Part shown: piece after piece, positions 26,787 to 35,676 of the stretch
Numbering within the stretch: the stretch's first letter is position 1
Layout: the number at the start of each line of letters is the position of its first letter
Source: Candidatus Micrarchaeota archaeon
GTDB taxonomy: Archaea; Micrarchaeota; Micrarchaeia; Micrarchaeales; CABMGC01
Assembly: GCA_027365725.1 (NCBI GenBank)
Contig: DAHXMA010000011.1
Location: 3,591-67,590, forward strand
DNA: 64,000 bases
Direction: 5' to 3'
Position numbers and translations under genes: made by a program
Notes under the pieces: model-generated
Database searches by the model: none
What the model saw: the letters and a program-made list of their open reading frames with translations, nothing else
What the model was told of the DNA's origin: nothing

Positions 26787-29700
26787 ATGCCTGACAATCC
26801 GAGCCCGCAGGGCACAAGCCAGACTCCTGGTGGTAACGCTCCGCCAAATGCTGGCCAGCAGCCACCTGAAGGTGGGCAGCAGCCAACGCCATCTGAATCG
26901 CAACAGCCGCAGCAAACGCAGAGTGAAGAGCCTGCTGGAAGCTCAGAAAGCGCAGCGGCAGGCGAAGGGCAGGGAACCGGCAAAGGTCCAGGTGCTTCGC
27001 AGACATGGCAGCAGGTCAGCGGCGAGGACGAGCACGAAGGCGGCAGGTCTAATACACAGGAGGAAGAGGAGGTCATAACCAAAAAGACGCTTCATGATTT
27101 TAACATAGAGAAAGCTTCAGAGAAAACAAGGATAATAATAGCCGCAGTTATAATACTTGCAATAGGGGCAGTCGCATACAAGTTCGTTGTGATGAAACCT
27201 GCAGTTGCAGTGGCGACAACGACAGTGATGCCAACGTCATTTAGCATAAGTTCATGCACTGCGATATCCTCTCCAGGCACATATTATTTGACGTCAAATA
27301 TCAGCACGTCTGCGATAAACGGGCCGTGCATAGACATATCATCAGGCGGGGTAAAGCTTGTAGGCGAAGGATACTCAATAGTTGGTGACGGCCCATTCAC
27401 GATAAATGGCCCCAGCTCGTATGGCATAAGCATAAGTTCAAAGCCGGGCGTGAACGTAACCGATTTGAGCTTGGCGAAGTTCTCTTATGGAGTGTACGTG
27501 AATGGATCGAGCAATGCCTATCTGGGCAATATAACAGTATCTAACTCTACGCTTGCGGGGATATATCTCAAATATTCAAGCGGAATAGAGATTTATGATG
27601 ACCATGTTAAGAGCTCAGGGGTGTACGGCGCAATCAATATTACTGGTGGAGGCAACAACACAGTGCAGGGAAGCGTCACCCAGTACAACTCGTACACAGG
27701 GATATCGATAATTAACTCTTCAGGGAACAGGGTGCTGGGCAGCTCTTCGACAGGGAATCCAATTGATCTCGCATGCTCTGGAAGCGCAGTGTACAGCGAC
27801 GCTAACAGATATTCGAACTCATCGTGCTATGTTAACAGCCACTGCAACTTTGCATACTGCACGCAGCAGAACAACCAGACGGTGATATCTGGCATACACC
27901 TTTACAACCCGATAAGCTCGTGTGGAAGCATAGATTATGGCGGATCGTACGAGCTGTCGCGCGACCTTTCCCTATCCAACTATATGAATGTCACGCTTCC
28001 ACAGGGCACAGGTATACCTTGCCTTCTGATAAACTCGTCTAACGTATACATATATTGCAATGGGCATAGCATCGACAATTCATACTATGGCATACTAAGC
28101 AACAGGGGGGCATACAACATAACACTGGATGGATGCACGATGAGAAACGACACGTATGGCACGTACCTGCAGAATGTGATAAAATTCCGCCTAGCGTCAG
28201 TCTCTGCGCTCGACAATAAATACGGCATATACCTAATGGGCTCTACAGATGGCAACGTCACAAATTCAACTGCGGAAAGGAACTCTTTCGGGATATACCT
28301 GAACGACACCACATATGCAGATGTTGGAGGATTCAGGGTAACGAACAACACATACGGCATATCGATAGACAATTCCACTGACATATATATGAGCAAAGGA
28401 ATAGCCCAGTCCAGCGCTTATGCCGACATATACTGCGCTGCAAACACATACAACTCCACGCTCCTATCGCTGTCGAACAGCCAGTGCACGAGCACAGACT
28501 GCACATGGGCAACAGAATGCCCTGTGAAGAGGCTTCCGAACCTTGTAACGTACCCGGTTACCGGATGCACGACAATAACCGTGCCGGGCCAATACGCACT
28601 GCGCACGAACATACTGTATTCGAAATCTGGCACATGCTTTGACATAAAGTCGGATTTTGTCAGCTTCACATGCACCGCCTCAATGACATCTGTCAGCGGC
28701 GCGGGCACTGCATTTGCAGTCAATAACGCATCAAACGTAAGCATAAGCGGCTGTACGATGTCAGATTTCGCAAATGGCTTTGTGGTCAGCAATGCCACAG
28801 GGACTGTGATAAACGGATCTGTGATAAACTCTCCCGGAACTGGAGTGGTGGTGAATAATAGCAAGTACACTGTAGTCTCAAACAGCGTTGTCTCAGGGTT
28901 CAAGGACAACGGATTCTTATTCGAGGGAAGCAATGAGAGCACAGTGGTATATGACCATTCCAGATCGGCCTCGGTTGGAAGGGGCTTTTCGTTCGGCGGA
29001 GTGTATGGTAGCATGATTGAAAGCGACACAGCCAATTCGAGCGCGTATGGGTTCTATTTCAACGATTCGATGCACAATTACATTTTCAATAATTCGGCAA
29101 TATCGAGCTCGCAGTATGACTACTTCTGCGCGCCTGACTCAGGAGGCATATTCAGCCAATATGGCAGGGTAAATTACGGGGATACAAAGGCAGGATGCAG
29201 GTGGATGGTAGAGGTGCCTTATGCAAATGCGCAGACTTACTGCAGCTACATAAACAGCCCAAGCACGATATCGATGACCCACGACCTTCTATACACATTC
29301 GGGGACAAATGCTTTACGCTGTACTCCAATGCGTCGGTATCGGCTTCCGGCACAACAATAAACTGCAACGGGCACACGGTCGTCGCGACTCATGGAGGCT
29401 CATTCGTCTACTCGTACAATACAAGCTCCGTGACGCTTGAGAACTGCATACTTGTAGGGTTTACGGACCCGGTGGTGTTCGTATCCGGGTCTTCGCCTTC
29501 CGGCATAGACATCCTTAATAACACAATTGCAAATACGGCAGGGAATGCGATATACGTAAGCGGGGCGCAGGTATCTAAAGTGATGTATAATAACCTGACA
29601 AACACTACGGGATATGGCATATCCCTTTACAGGTTCAACAGCAGCGAGGTAACGCTTAACAGGATAACCGACGCGCATGCGGGGATATCGATAAACGAGA

Positions 29701-29816
29701 GCGTATCGACATCCATAACCAACAATACGGTAAATGGGGTATTTTCAGGTGTAAGCGCACAGAATTCGCAGTATGTCACGCTATCTGACAATAACGTAAC
29801 AAACTCGGCAACATGA
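26787..29816 (+). CDS. 1009-aa membrane-anchored parallel beta-helix (PbH1/NosD-like) repeat surface protein
   Basis: A Pro/Gln/Gly/Glu-rich low-complexity N-terminus of about 110 aa, then a single TM (IIIAAVIILAIGAVAYKFVVM). After that there are more than 15 degenerate repeats of about 22 aa of the type N.S.N..YGIYL..S....V..N/C, many Cys residues and many N-x-S/T sequons. Confidence 0.75.
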   Translation: MPDNPSPQGTSQTPGGNAPPNAGQQPPEGGQQPTPSESQQPQQTQSEEPAGSSESAAAGEGQGTGKGPGASQTWQQVSGEDEHEGGRSNTQEEEEVITKKTLHDFNIEKASEKTRIIIAAVIILAIGAVAYKFVVMKPAVAVATTTVMPTSFSISSCTAISSPGTYYLTSNISTSAINGPCIDISSGGVKLVGEGYSIVGDGPFTINGPSSYGISISSKPGVNVTDLSLAKFSYGVYVNGSSNAYLGNITVSNSTLAGIYLKYSSGIEIYDDHVKSSGVYGAINITGGGNNTVQGSVTQYNSYTGISIINSSGNRVLGSSSTGNPIDLACSGSAVYSDANRYSNSSCYVNSHCNFAYCTQQNNQTVISGIHLYNPISSCGSIDYGGSYELSRDLSLSNYMNVTLPQGTGIPCLLINSSNVYIYCNGHSIDNSYYGILSNRGAYNITLDGCTMRNDTYGTYLQNVIKFRLASVSALDNKYGIYLMGSTDGNVTNSTAERNSFGIYLNDTTYADVGGFRVTNNTYGISIDNSTDIYMSKGIAQSSAYADIYCAANTYNSTLLSLSNSQCTSTDCTWATECPVKRLPNLVTYPVTGCTTITVPGQYALRTNILYSKSGTCFDIKSDFVSFTCTASMTSVSGAGTAFAVNNASNVSISGCTMSDFANGFVVSNATGTVINGSVINSPGTGVVVNNSKYTVVSNSVVSGFKDNGFLFEGSNESTVVYDHSRSASVGRGFSFGGVYGSMIESDTANSSAYGFYFNDSMHNYIFNNSAISSSQYDYFCAPDSGGIFSQYGRVNYGDTKAGCRWMVEVPYANAQTYCSYINSPSTISMTHDLLYTFGDKCFTLYSNASVSASGTTINCNGHTVVATHGGSFVYSYNTSSVTLENCILVGFTDPVVFVSGSSPSGIDILNNTIANTAGNAIYVSGAQVSKVMYNNLTNTTGYGISLYRFNSSEVTLNRITDAHAGISINESVSTSITNNTVNGVFSGVSAQNSQYVTLSDNNVTNSAT

Positions 29817-29869
29817 CCGACAATGCAAATGCACAATCATTTTAATACTGCAAATGGGAGGCTTTGTTA

Positions 29870-30175
29870 ATGGAAAAAATAAGAATTGATGATGTAGTAA
29901 AAGCGCTAAAGGGATGCGTTGACCCTGAGATAGGGATAAACGTGGTAGACCTGGGGCTCATACAGGGAATAAACATTGACGAAAATAACAACATTAAATT
30001 GAGGCTTACAATGACAAGCCCCATGTGCCCTGTGACCAGCGTCATACTTGCGGACGTCCAGCTAAGGCTGGAGCATATTCAGGACTGCGGCATCGTTGAC
30101 ATAGACCTTGTCTGGGATCCGGCATGGACGCCGGAGATGATAAGCGATGAGGCAAGGATGAGCATGAACGTTTAG
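29870..30175 (+). CDS. DUF59/MIP18-family Fe-S cluster assembly protein (SufT/PaaD-like)
   Basis: VVKALKGCVDPEIGINVVDLGLI...LTMTSPMCPV...W.PAWTPEMISDEAR is the canonical DUF59 pattern. Confidence 0.8.
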   Translation: MEKIRIDDVVKALKGCVDPEIGINVVDLGLIQGINIDENNNIKLRLTMTSPMCPVTSVILADVQLRLEHIQDCGIVDIDLVWDPAWTPEMISDEARMSMNV

Positions 30176-30197
30176 CTTATGAAGTATTACGCAGCTG

Positions 30198-30413
30198 CTA
30201 TTTCTCGCTTTTTAGCTTGCGTATCCTTTCCTCGACTCCCTTTGCCTCGTTCTCCAGCCCCTTCTTGTATTCCTCAAGCATTTCTATCTTCTCGGCCTTT
30301 GTAAGGAAATTTCTCATGCCTGAGCCGCCGCTGCCTGCGCAGCCGCATCCGCCGTGGCCTGAGCCGCCGCACCCGCAACCTCCGTGATTTCCGCATTCGC
30401 ACTCGTCTTCCAT
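30198..30413 (-). CDS. small Cys/Gly/His-rich protein with C-terminal coiled coil (DUF5320-like)
   Basis: 71 aa: MEDECECGNHGGCGCGGSGHGGCGCAGSGGSG followed by FLTKAEKIEMLEEYKKGLENEAKGVEERIRKLKSEK. The internal ATG 30413 is preferred over the track start. Confidence 0.55.
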   Translation of the reverse strand: MEDECECGNHGGCGCGGSGHGGCGCAGSGGSGMRNFLTKAEKIEMLEEYKKGLENEAKGVEERIRKLKSEK

Positions 30414-30482
30414 AAAATCCACAAATATAGTATATCCTATATACATATATAAATATTGTGCCTGGGATATAATACTGAGAGT
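30414..30482. promoter_or_regulatory. AT-rich divergent promoter region between the Cys-rich mini-gene and the padR-like gene
   Basis: TATATCCTATATACATATATAAATATT contains several TATA-box-like elements, positioned about 20-40 nt from both divergent starts. Confidence 0.3.
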
Positions 30483-30785
30483 ATGGCATATGTTGACAAG
30501 TGCGACATGAGGGGATTCCTTTCCTTCCAGGTGCTCTGGCTCCTTTCCAGAAGGAGCATGTGCGGCGAGGACCTTGCGGAGGAGCTCATGCGCAGGCGGG
30601 GAGAAAAGCCCAAGCCGGGCACGCTCTATCCTGCGCTAAAGGACCTGCGCGAGCGCGGCCTGATACGCGGCAAAAGATCCGGCAACATGATCAAGTATGA
30701 CCTAACTGACGAAGGGAAGGAGGCCGTGAGGCGCGCTAAGATATATTTCGTCAGGTGTTTTGGAGAGATATTTGCCGAAGGATAA
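30483..30785 (+). CDS. PadR-family winged-helix transcriptional regulator
   Basis: FQVLWLLSRRSMCGEDLAEEL....GEKPKPGTLYPALKDLRERGLI is the PadR signature. Confidence 0.75.
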   Translation: MAYVDKCDMRGFLSFQVLWLLSRRSMCGEDLAEELMRRRGEKPKPGTLYPALKDLRERGLIRGKRSGNMIKYDLTDEGKEAVRRAKIYFVRCFGEIFAEG

Positions 30786-30786
30786 G

Positions 30787-31350
30787 TCAGCCGTACATAG
30801 AGGCCTCATCGGCCCTGCGGTAGCTCATTATCTCCTGGCCGGAGAACCATACCTTTATCTCCTTTTCTGCGATATCGGAATTCTCTGATACGTGCACTAT
30901 GTTTCGCACCGGCCTCTTCTTTAGGTCTGCAAGGGAGTAGCTGTCGCCAGAGTACATGCCCCTTATCGAGGAAGGGTCTGCCTTGCGCGGCTCTGTGCTG
31001 CCGGCGATCTTCCTTGCAACTTCTGCTGCGGAATTGCCCTCAAGCACAAATGCGACCACAACGCCTTTTGTAAGCTCCTTTATTAGAAGTGACCTTATCC
31101 TGTTCCCTATCTCCATCTCGGACTCGCTGACCTTCTCTCCCTTGTCCATCGCAGCCTGCCTTGCCTTCTTGCCCACGCTTAGCAGCCACTCTTTGTCGTC
31201 TGCGTAGTGCAGGCCGACAAGCTTCTCCGTTGGCTTAAGCATCTTAAGCGCGGTCACTTTCAAGCCTGCCTCTTCGAACCTGCGTATCACTGCGCCTATA
31301 AGCGCCCTTTCCACCCCGTCAGGCTTCACAAGAACAAGTGCCCTGTCCAT
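30787..31350 (-). CDS. ndk: nucleoside diphosphate kinase (long variant with internal insertion)
   Basis: LVLVKPDGVERALIGAVIRRFEEAGLKV and the catalytic-His region NIVHVSEN. At 187 aa it exceeds the usual ~150 aa, because of an extra segment after HYADDKEW. Confidence 0.8.
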   Translation of the reverse strand: MDRALVLVKPDGVERALIGAVIRRFEEAGLKVTALKMLKPTEKLVGLHYADDKEWLLSVGKKARQAAMDKGEKVSESEMEIGNRIRSLLIKELTKGVVVAFVLEGNSAAEVARKIAGSTEPRKADPSSIRGMYSGDSYSLADLKKRPVRNIVHVSENSDIAEKEIKVWFSGQEIMSYRRADEASMYG

Positions 31351-31428
31351 TATCTCGCCATCTTTAAATATTATGCGCAGATTATATAGTGGGAAAGATT
31401 ATTATAAAGCTTCCCGAGTTGTGCGAAG

Positions 31429-33186
31429 ATGATAAGGCAGCCCATAATAACTGTGATGGGCCATGTGGACCACGGAAAGACGTCGCTGCTTGACAGGATA
31501 AGGAACACCACAATGGCCGGCAGGGAGGCGGGACGTATAACCCAGCACATAGGCGCAAGCGAAGTCCCGATAGATGTTGTTAAGAGGATATGCGGCCCGC
31601 TTATGAGCAAGATGGGGGCTGACATAACCATACCCGGACTGCTCTTCATAGACACCCCGGGCCATGAGGCATTCACAAACCTGAGGCGGCGCGGAGGATC
31701 TATGTCAGACCTTGCGATACTTGTGGTGGACATAACAAAGAACCTTGAGCCGCAGACATACGAAGCAATAGAAATACTAAAAGAGTACAAAACTCCGTTC
31801 ATAGTCGCAGCGAACAAGATAGACCTGATGACTGGATGGATCAAACAGGACACAAACTGCTTCTCTGACTCCTTCCCAAAACAGTCTAAGAGCGTGCAGG
31901 AAGAGCTTGAGGCCAAGATATACACGCTTATAGGCACCCTTAGCGAGGCTGGGTTTGCGAGCGAAAGGTTCGACCGGGTAGTGGACGTCAAGAAGGAGCT
32001 GTCCATAGTGCCGATAAGCGCCAAGACAGGCGAGGGCGTGGCCGAGCTACTGATGTTTGCCGCAGGGCTGTCGCAGAAATTCCTGGGGAAGAGGCTTGAG
32101 ATAGACCCGGGTGAGCCTGGAGTGGGAGGCATAATAGAGAAGAAGGAGGAGAAGGGGCTTGGCATAACCATTGACGTTATACTCTACAACGGCACGCTAC
32201 GGGTCAATGACAATGTGGCATTTGCTGCGCAGGGAGGGGTGAAAACCGCGAAGATAAGGGCGCTGCTAAGGCCAAGGCCCCTGCAGGAGCTGCGCGAATC
32301 GTCCGGGAAATTTATCTACGTTGAAGAGGTTAGCGCTGCTGCTGGGATAAAGCTTAGCGGCAGCGGGATGGAGGAGGCGCTACCTGGCTCCATGATAATA
32401 TCTACGGACAAGGAAGGGTATGAAAACGACATTGAAGCTGAATTAAAGGAGGTATTCACTTCTGACAAGACCGGAATAGTCCTCAAGGCGGATACGATAG
32501 GGAGCGTAGAGGCGCTCTCGAAGCTTCTTGGCGCATCTGGAGTGAAGATAAGCAAGAAGGGCCTTGGAAACGTCACAAAAAGGGACGTGCTTGACGCATT
32601 CTCGATGAGGGCCACAGATCCGTCCAATGCGGTGATAATAGCGTTCAATGTGGGGATGGAGGAGGATGCAGAGCTTGAGAGCCATGCAGCCGGCATAGAC
32701 GTGCTCAGGGCAGACATAATATACAAGCTTATGGACGACCTAAAGGAGTGGATGGAAAGGCAGAGGCAGGGCGAGAGAAAGATGCTGGAGCAAACACTCA
32801 CGTTCCCTGGCATGGTTCTCGTGCTGCCCAATGCGGCATTCCGTATGTCTCACCCTGCAGTTTTCGGAGTGGACGTACTGGCAGGCAGGATAAAGCCCTC
32901 GTATAGGCTTATGAAGGAAAACGGCGAGGTGGTCGGGAGCATAAAGGAAATACAGGACAACGGCATAGGAAAGCAGGAGGCAAGGAAGGGGGAGAGTGTG
33001 GCGATATCGATGGACGGCATCACGTTCGGCAGGCAGATAAGGGCAGAGGACAGGCTATATACGTACATAAGCAGCGACGAAATACGGGAGCTGAAGTTCA
33101 AGCATGCGGATATGCTCGGAGGCGAAGACATCGAGCTGCTTGACAGGCTTGCCGACATAAACAGGCTGGCAAGGGAAAGGAGCTGA
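31429..33186 (+). CDS. infB: translation initiation factor aIF5B (IF2-like GTPase)
   Basis: G motifs GHVDHGKTSLLD, DTPGH and NKID. About 585 aa with the archaeal aIF5B domain order. Confidence 0.9.
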   Translation: MIRQPIITVMGHVDHGKTSLLDRIRNTTMAGREAGRITQHIGASEVPIDVVKRICGPLMSKMGADITIPGLLFIDTPGHEAFTNLRRRGGSMSDLAILVVDITKNLEPQTYEAIEILKEYKTPFIVAANKIDLMTGWIKQDTNCFSDSFPKQSKSVQEELEAKIYTLIGTLSEAGFASERFDRVVDVKKELSIVPISAKTGEGVAELLMFAAGLSQKFLGKRLEIDPGEPGVGGIIEKKEEKGLGITIDVILYNGTLRVNDNVAFAAQGGVKTAKIRALLRPRPLQELRESSGKFIYVEEVSAAAGIKLSGSGMEEALPGSMIISTDKEGYENDIEAELKEVFTSDKTGIVLKADTIGSVEALSKLLGASGVKISKKGLGNVTKRDVLDAFSMRATDPSNAVIIAFNVGMEEDAELESHAAGIDVLRADIIYKLMDDLKEWMERQRQGERKMLEQTLTFPGMVLVLPNAAFRMSHPAVFGVDVLAGRIKPSYRLMKENGEVVGSIKEIQDNGIGKQEARKGESVAISMDGITFGRQIRAEDRLYTYISSDEIRELKFKHADMLGGEDIELLDRLADINRLARERS

Positions 33187-33193
33187 TAAGCGC

Positions 33194-33949
33194 ATGGAGG
33201 CATTTCTTGACATAGACGGGGAGCGCATACGGGCGGAGTTCATCAGGAAGCCCTGGATAAAGAACAGCTACCTCAGATTTCAGGGAGAGAGGCTGATTGT
33301 GGTTTCAAGGAATGGCAAGCTTATGGACCGCTTAGTGGCATCGCACAGGAGATGGATAGCAAAGCATTACAGGCAGGTAAGGGATAGCATAAGGCTTTTC
33401 GGGGAAAATTCACTGTTCTACGTTGACGGGATGCGCAATGCCAGGTGCCAGATATCTGAATCGGCTGCAAGACCCAGGGTAGAGATCTTGGAGGGAGGTG
33501 TTATAGTGCATGCAAAAAGCCCTGAAGCCGCGGAAAGGGCGCTTGACAGGATGATTATTAGGACTACAGAATCGGCTGCTGCCGGACTTGCCAAGGCAAA
33601 GGCGCAGCTTATAGGAAAGCATCCTTCGCAGGTAAGGGCGCGCAGGTACAGGAAGTGGGGAATGTGCAGCGCAGGCGGGCGAATAAGCGTAAATTACTGC
33701 ATGTGCCTGCTGCCACAAGAGCTGCAGGATTACATAGTTTCGCATGAGGTTGCACATCTTAAGGAGATGAACCACTCGGCAAGGTTCTGGAGCACAGTGG
33801 CCCTGCTATGCCCCGAATACAGAAGACTAAGGAATGAGCTAAAGAGATATGACAACTCAAGGAAGCGCGTATTTGGCGAGGCATGTGCAGTTGCAGGCAA
33901 TGTTGGGGGCTCCGTAGGCATTGCACCACAGACAATATCGTCTAGATAG
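33194..33949 (+). CDS. DUF45/YgjP-like (M48/WLM-type) zinc metallohydrolase
   Basis: HExxH in SHEVAHLKEMNHSARFW, which is typical of the DUF45 family. Confidence 0.7.
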   Translation: MEAFLDIDGERIRAEFIRKPWIKNSYLRFQGERLIVVSRNGKLMDRLVASHRRWIAKHYRQVRDSIRLFGENSLFYVDGMRNARCQISESAARPRVEILEGGVIVHAKSPEAAERALDRMIIRTTESAAAGLAKAKAQLIGKHPSQVRARRYRKWGMCSAGGRISVNYCMCLLPQELQDYIVSHEVAHLKEMNHSARFWSTVALLCPEYRRLRNELKRYDNSRKRVFGEACAVAGNVGGSVGIAPQTISSR

Positions 33950-34024
33950 AAGCCGGGCGAATTTGGCGATAAGCAGGCTTCGTAAAGCTTTAATATGAAT
34001 TAGCAGCAACATATATCGAAAACC

Positions 34025-34525
34025 ATGAGCAACTTGGAATTAAGGGGACCTACCGGGAGATCTGCGGCCAGAATTGTATTGCCTGGAGATTTAGGAAGCT
34101 TTGATGAGGCTATGTCTTTGGCTGCACGCAGCGGCATGAGGTTGCCTACACTCAAAGATTTCATAAAAGCCCTTGATGAGAACAAAAATTTCCAGGGAGA
34201 GGTGGTTGACAGTTGGTACTGGGTTTCAGATGCAGGAGGACTTAAAATTAAAGGCTTCTGCGGAATAGACTACGGTAAAGGAACGCTTTACGAGTGCGAA
34301 GAATGGAATGTGCTTGAAAAGAAATATGTTGCATATGCAACGTATGGGCCTGGGCCAATAAGCATTAAATTCATGGGAGATGATGGGAAAGCTTTCATTG
34401 CAGCAAACGCAGATGAAGGATTGCGGCATATGCCAATGAATATTGCCCTGGCAGATTACAATTATTTGATTGGAAAGGGCGCGGATTCGATTAGAAGGCT
34501 TAAAAGGAGCATGAGGCACGATTGA
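34025..34525 (+). CDS. paralogue 1 (long form, 166 aa) of an uncharacterised RLPTL-WYW / C-terminal RLKRxMR family
   Basis: FDEAMSLAARSGMRLPTLKDFIKAL...SWYWVSD...GPGPISIKFMGDDGKAFIAANAD...IRRLKRSMRHD. No signal peptide or TM. Confidence 0.7.
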   Translation: MSNLELRGPTGRSAARIVLPGDLGSFDEAMSLAARSGMRLPTLKDFIKALDENKNFQGEVVDSWYWVSDAGGLKIKGFCGIDYGKGTLYECEEWNVLEKKYVAYATYGPGPISIKFMGDDGKAFIAANADEGLRHMPMNIALADYNYLIGKGADSIRRLKRSMRHD

Positions 34526-34527
34526 AC

Positions 34528-34932
34528 ATGGAAACAAAAACTAGCTCAAATGCAGGCCATAACAACGCCTTGAGAATGACCATATTTGTAGAAAAGGAAA
34601 TGACATTTGGTGAGGCGAAGGTGCTTGCAAAGAGTAGGATGGGCCGCTTACCGACACTATCAGAATTCATACGAGTGCTTAAATCTGATCAAGAGCTTTA
34701 CAACAAGGCCGCAGGACATTGGTATTGGCTTGCCGGCGAAGCTGGAGAGGATAGCGTTTCTATTGCGTTTATACCTAGTAAAAATTGGGACAAGGTGCAG
34801 ACCAGAATAAACCCTGTTCCGGGGCTTAAGATTGGAAGTACTGCAAGAGCTGTTGTCGTTGATGATTTTGAAGTAACTCTAAAGGATATACAAATAAAAA
34901 TTGACAAGCTGAAGAAAGCAATGAGGAAATAA
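34528..34932 (+). CDS. paralogue 2 (short form, 134 aa) of the same family
   Basis: FGEAKVLAKSRMGRLPTLSEFIRVLKSDQELYNKAAGHWYWLAGE...IDKLKKAMRK. The ATG lies 3 nt after the paralogue 1 stop. Confidence 0.7.
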   Translation: METKTSSNAGHNNALRMTIFVEKEMTFGEAKVLAKSRMGRLPTLSEFIRVLKSDQELYNKAAGHWYWLAGEAGEDSVSIAFIPSKNWDKVQTRINPVPGLKIGSTARAVVVDDFEVTLKDIQIKIDKLKKAMRK

Positions 34933-35105
34933 AAGCATGGCAAGCATGCCAATCGGAAAGCATTTTGCAAATATGGTGAAGCAGAATGGCCCAAAGCTTG
35001 GAAGAAAAGGCGCAGCAGATTGCACTATTCCGCCAAGAGTGGAGGCGAGACTAGAAGGTAGGCTAGAGGCATATTCTTCATAAGAAGATAATTGAAGTGG
35101 ATTGA

Positions 35106-35294
35106 ATGGAGAGTTTTGAGAAGATAATGTATTATTTGCTATCTGGTTATTTGGTACTGATGCTGTTTCTTTACCCATCCCTTGTAAGGATAACTGTTCA
35201 CCAAGAATTGGTATATACTGCCCTCCCGCTACTTGGGTGGCTAGTCCTGACTGCGTATTACCTTGTGAGATGGTCTGGGCGGAGAAGGGGTTAG
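35106..35294 (+). CDS. 62-aa two-TM mini membrane protein embedded in the paralogue array
   Basis: MESFEKIMYYLLSGYLVLMLFLYPSL...ALPLLGWLVLTAYYLVRWSGRRRG. The stop lies 3 nt before the paralogue 3 ATG. Confidence 0.45.
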   Translation: MESFEKIMYYLLSGYLVLMLFLYPSLVRITVHQELVYTALPLLGWLVLTAYYLVRWSGRRRG

Positions 35295-35297
35295 TTT

Positions 35298-35675
35298 ATG
35301 GAATCTCGTAGAAATTATAAAACTGCTCCTAAGGTAAGGATTGAGTACAGGCGTTTCACTTTTCTAGAAGCTGAATTGTTTGCAAAATCTATAGGTGGCA
35401 GGCTGCCCGGATTTTCGGAGTTCAGAAAATTGCTGTCAATGGATAATGAATTGCACCAGAAAGCCAGGGGGTACACATATTGGGTCATGGTTGGAAAGGA
35501 TATGAGCGTGCCAGGGCAGGCTTACGTTAAAGCGGAGCGGAGTGGCGATATTGTTATAGCTTTGATTAACGCCACAAACAACACCGCGTCCGTAATGACA
35601 ATTGACATACTTGAGGATACTGTTAGTAAAGGGCGTACATCGATTGAAAGGCTTAAGAAGGGCATGAGAAGCTGA
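35298..35675 (+). CDS. paralogue 3 (short form, 125 aa) of the same family
   Basis: FLEAELFAKSIGGRLPGFSEFRKLLSMDNELHQKARGYTYWVMVG...IERLKKGMRS. Confidence 0.7.
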   Translation: MESRRNYKTAPKVRIEYRRFTFLEAELFAKSIGGRLPGFSEFRKLLSMDNELHQKARGYTYWVMVGKDMSVPGQAYVKAERSGDIVIALINATNNTASVMTIDILEDTVSKGRTSIERLKKGMRS

Positions 35676-35676
35676 T

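Noticed and set aside
31371-32171. 266-aa minus-strand ORF
   Set aside because: Antisense to aIF5B, a shadow ORF.
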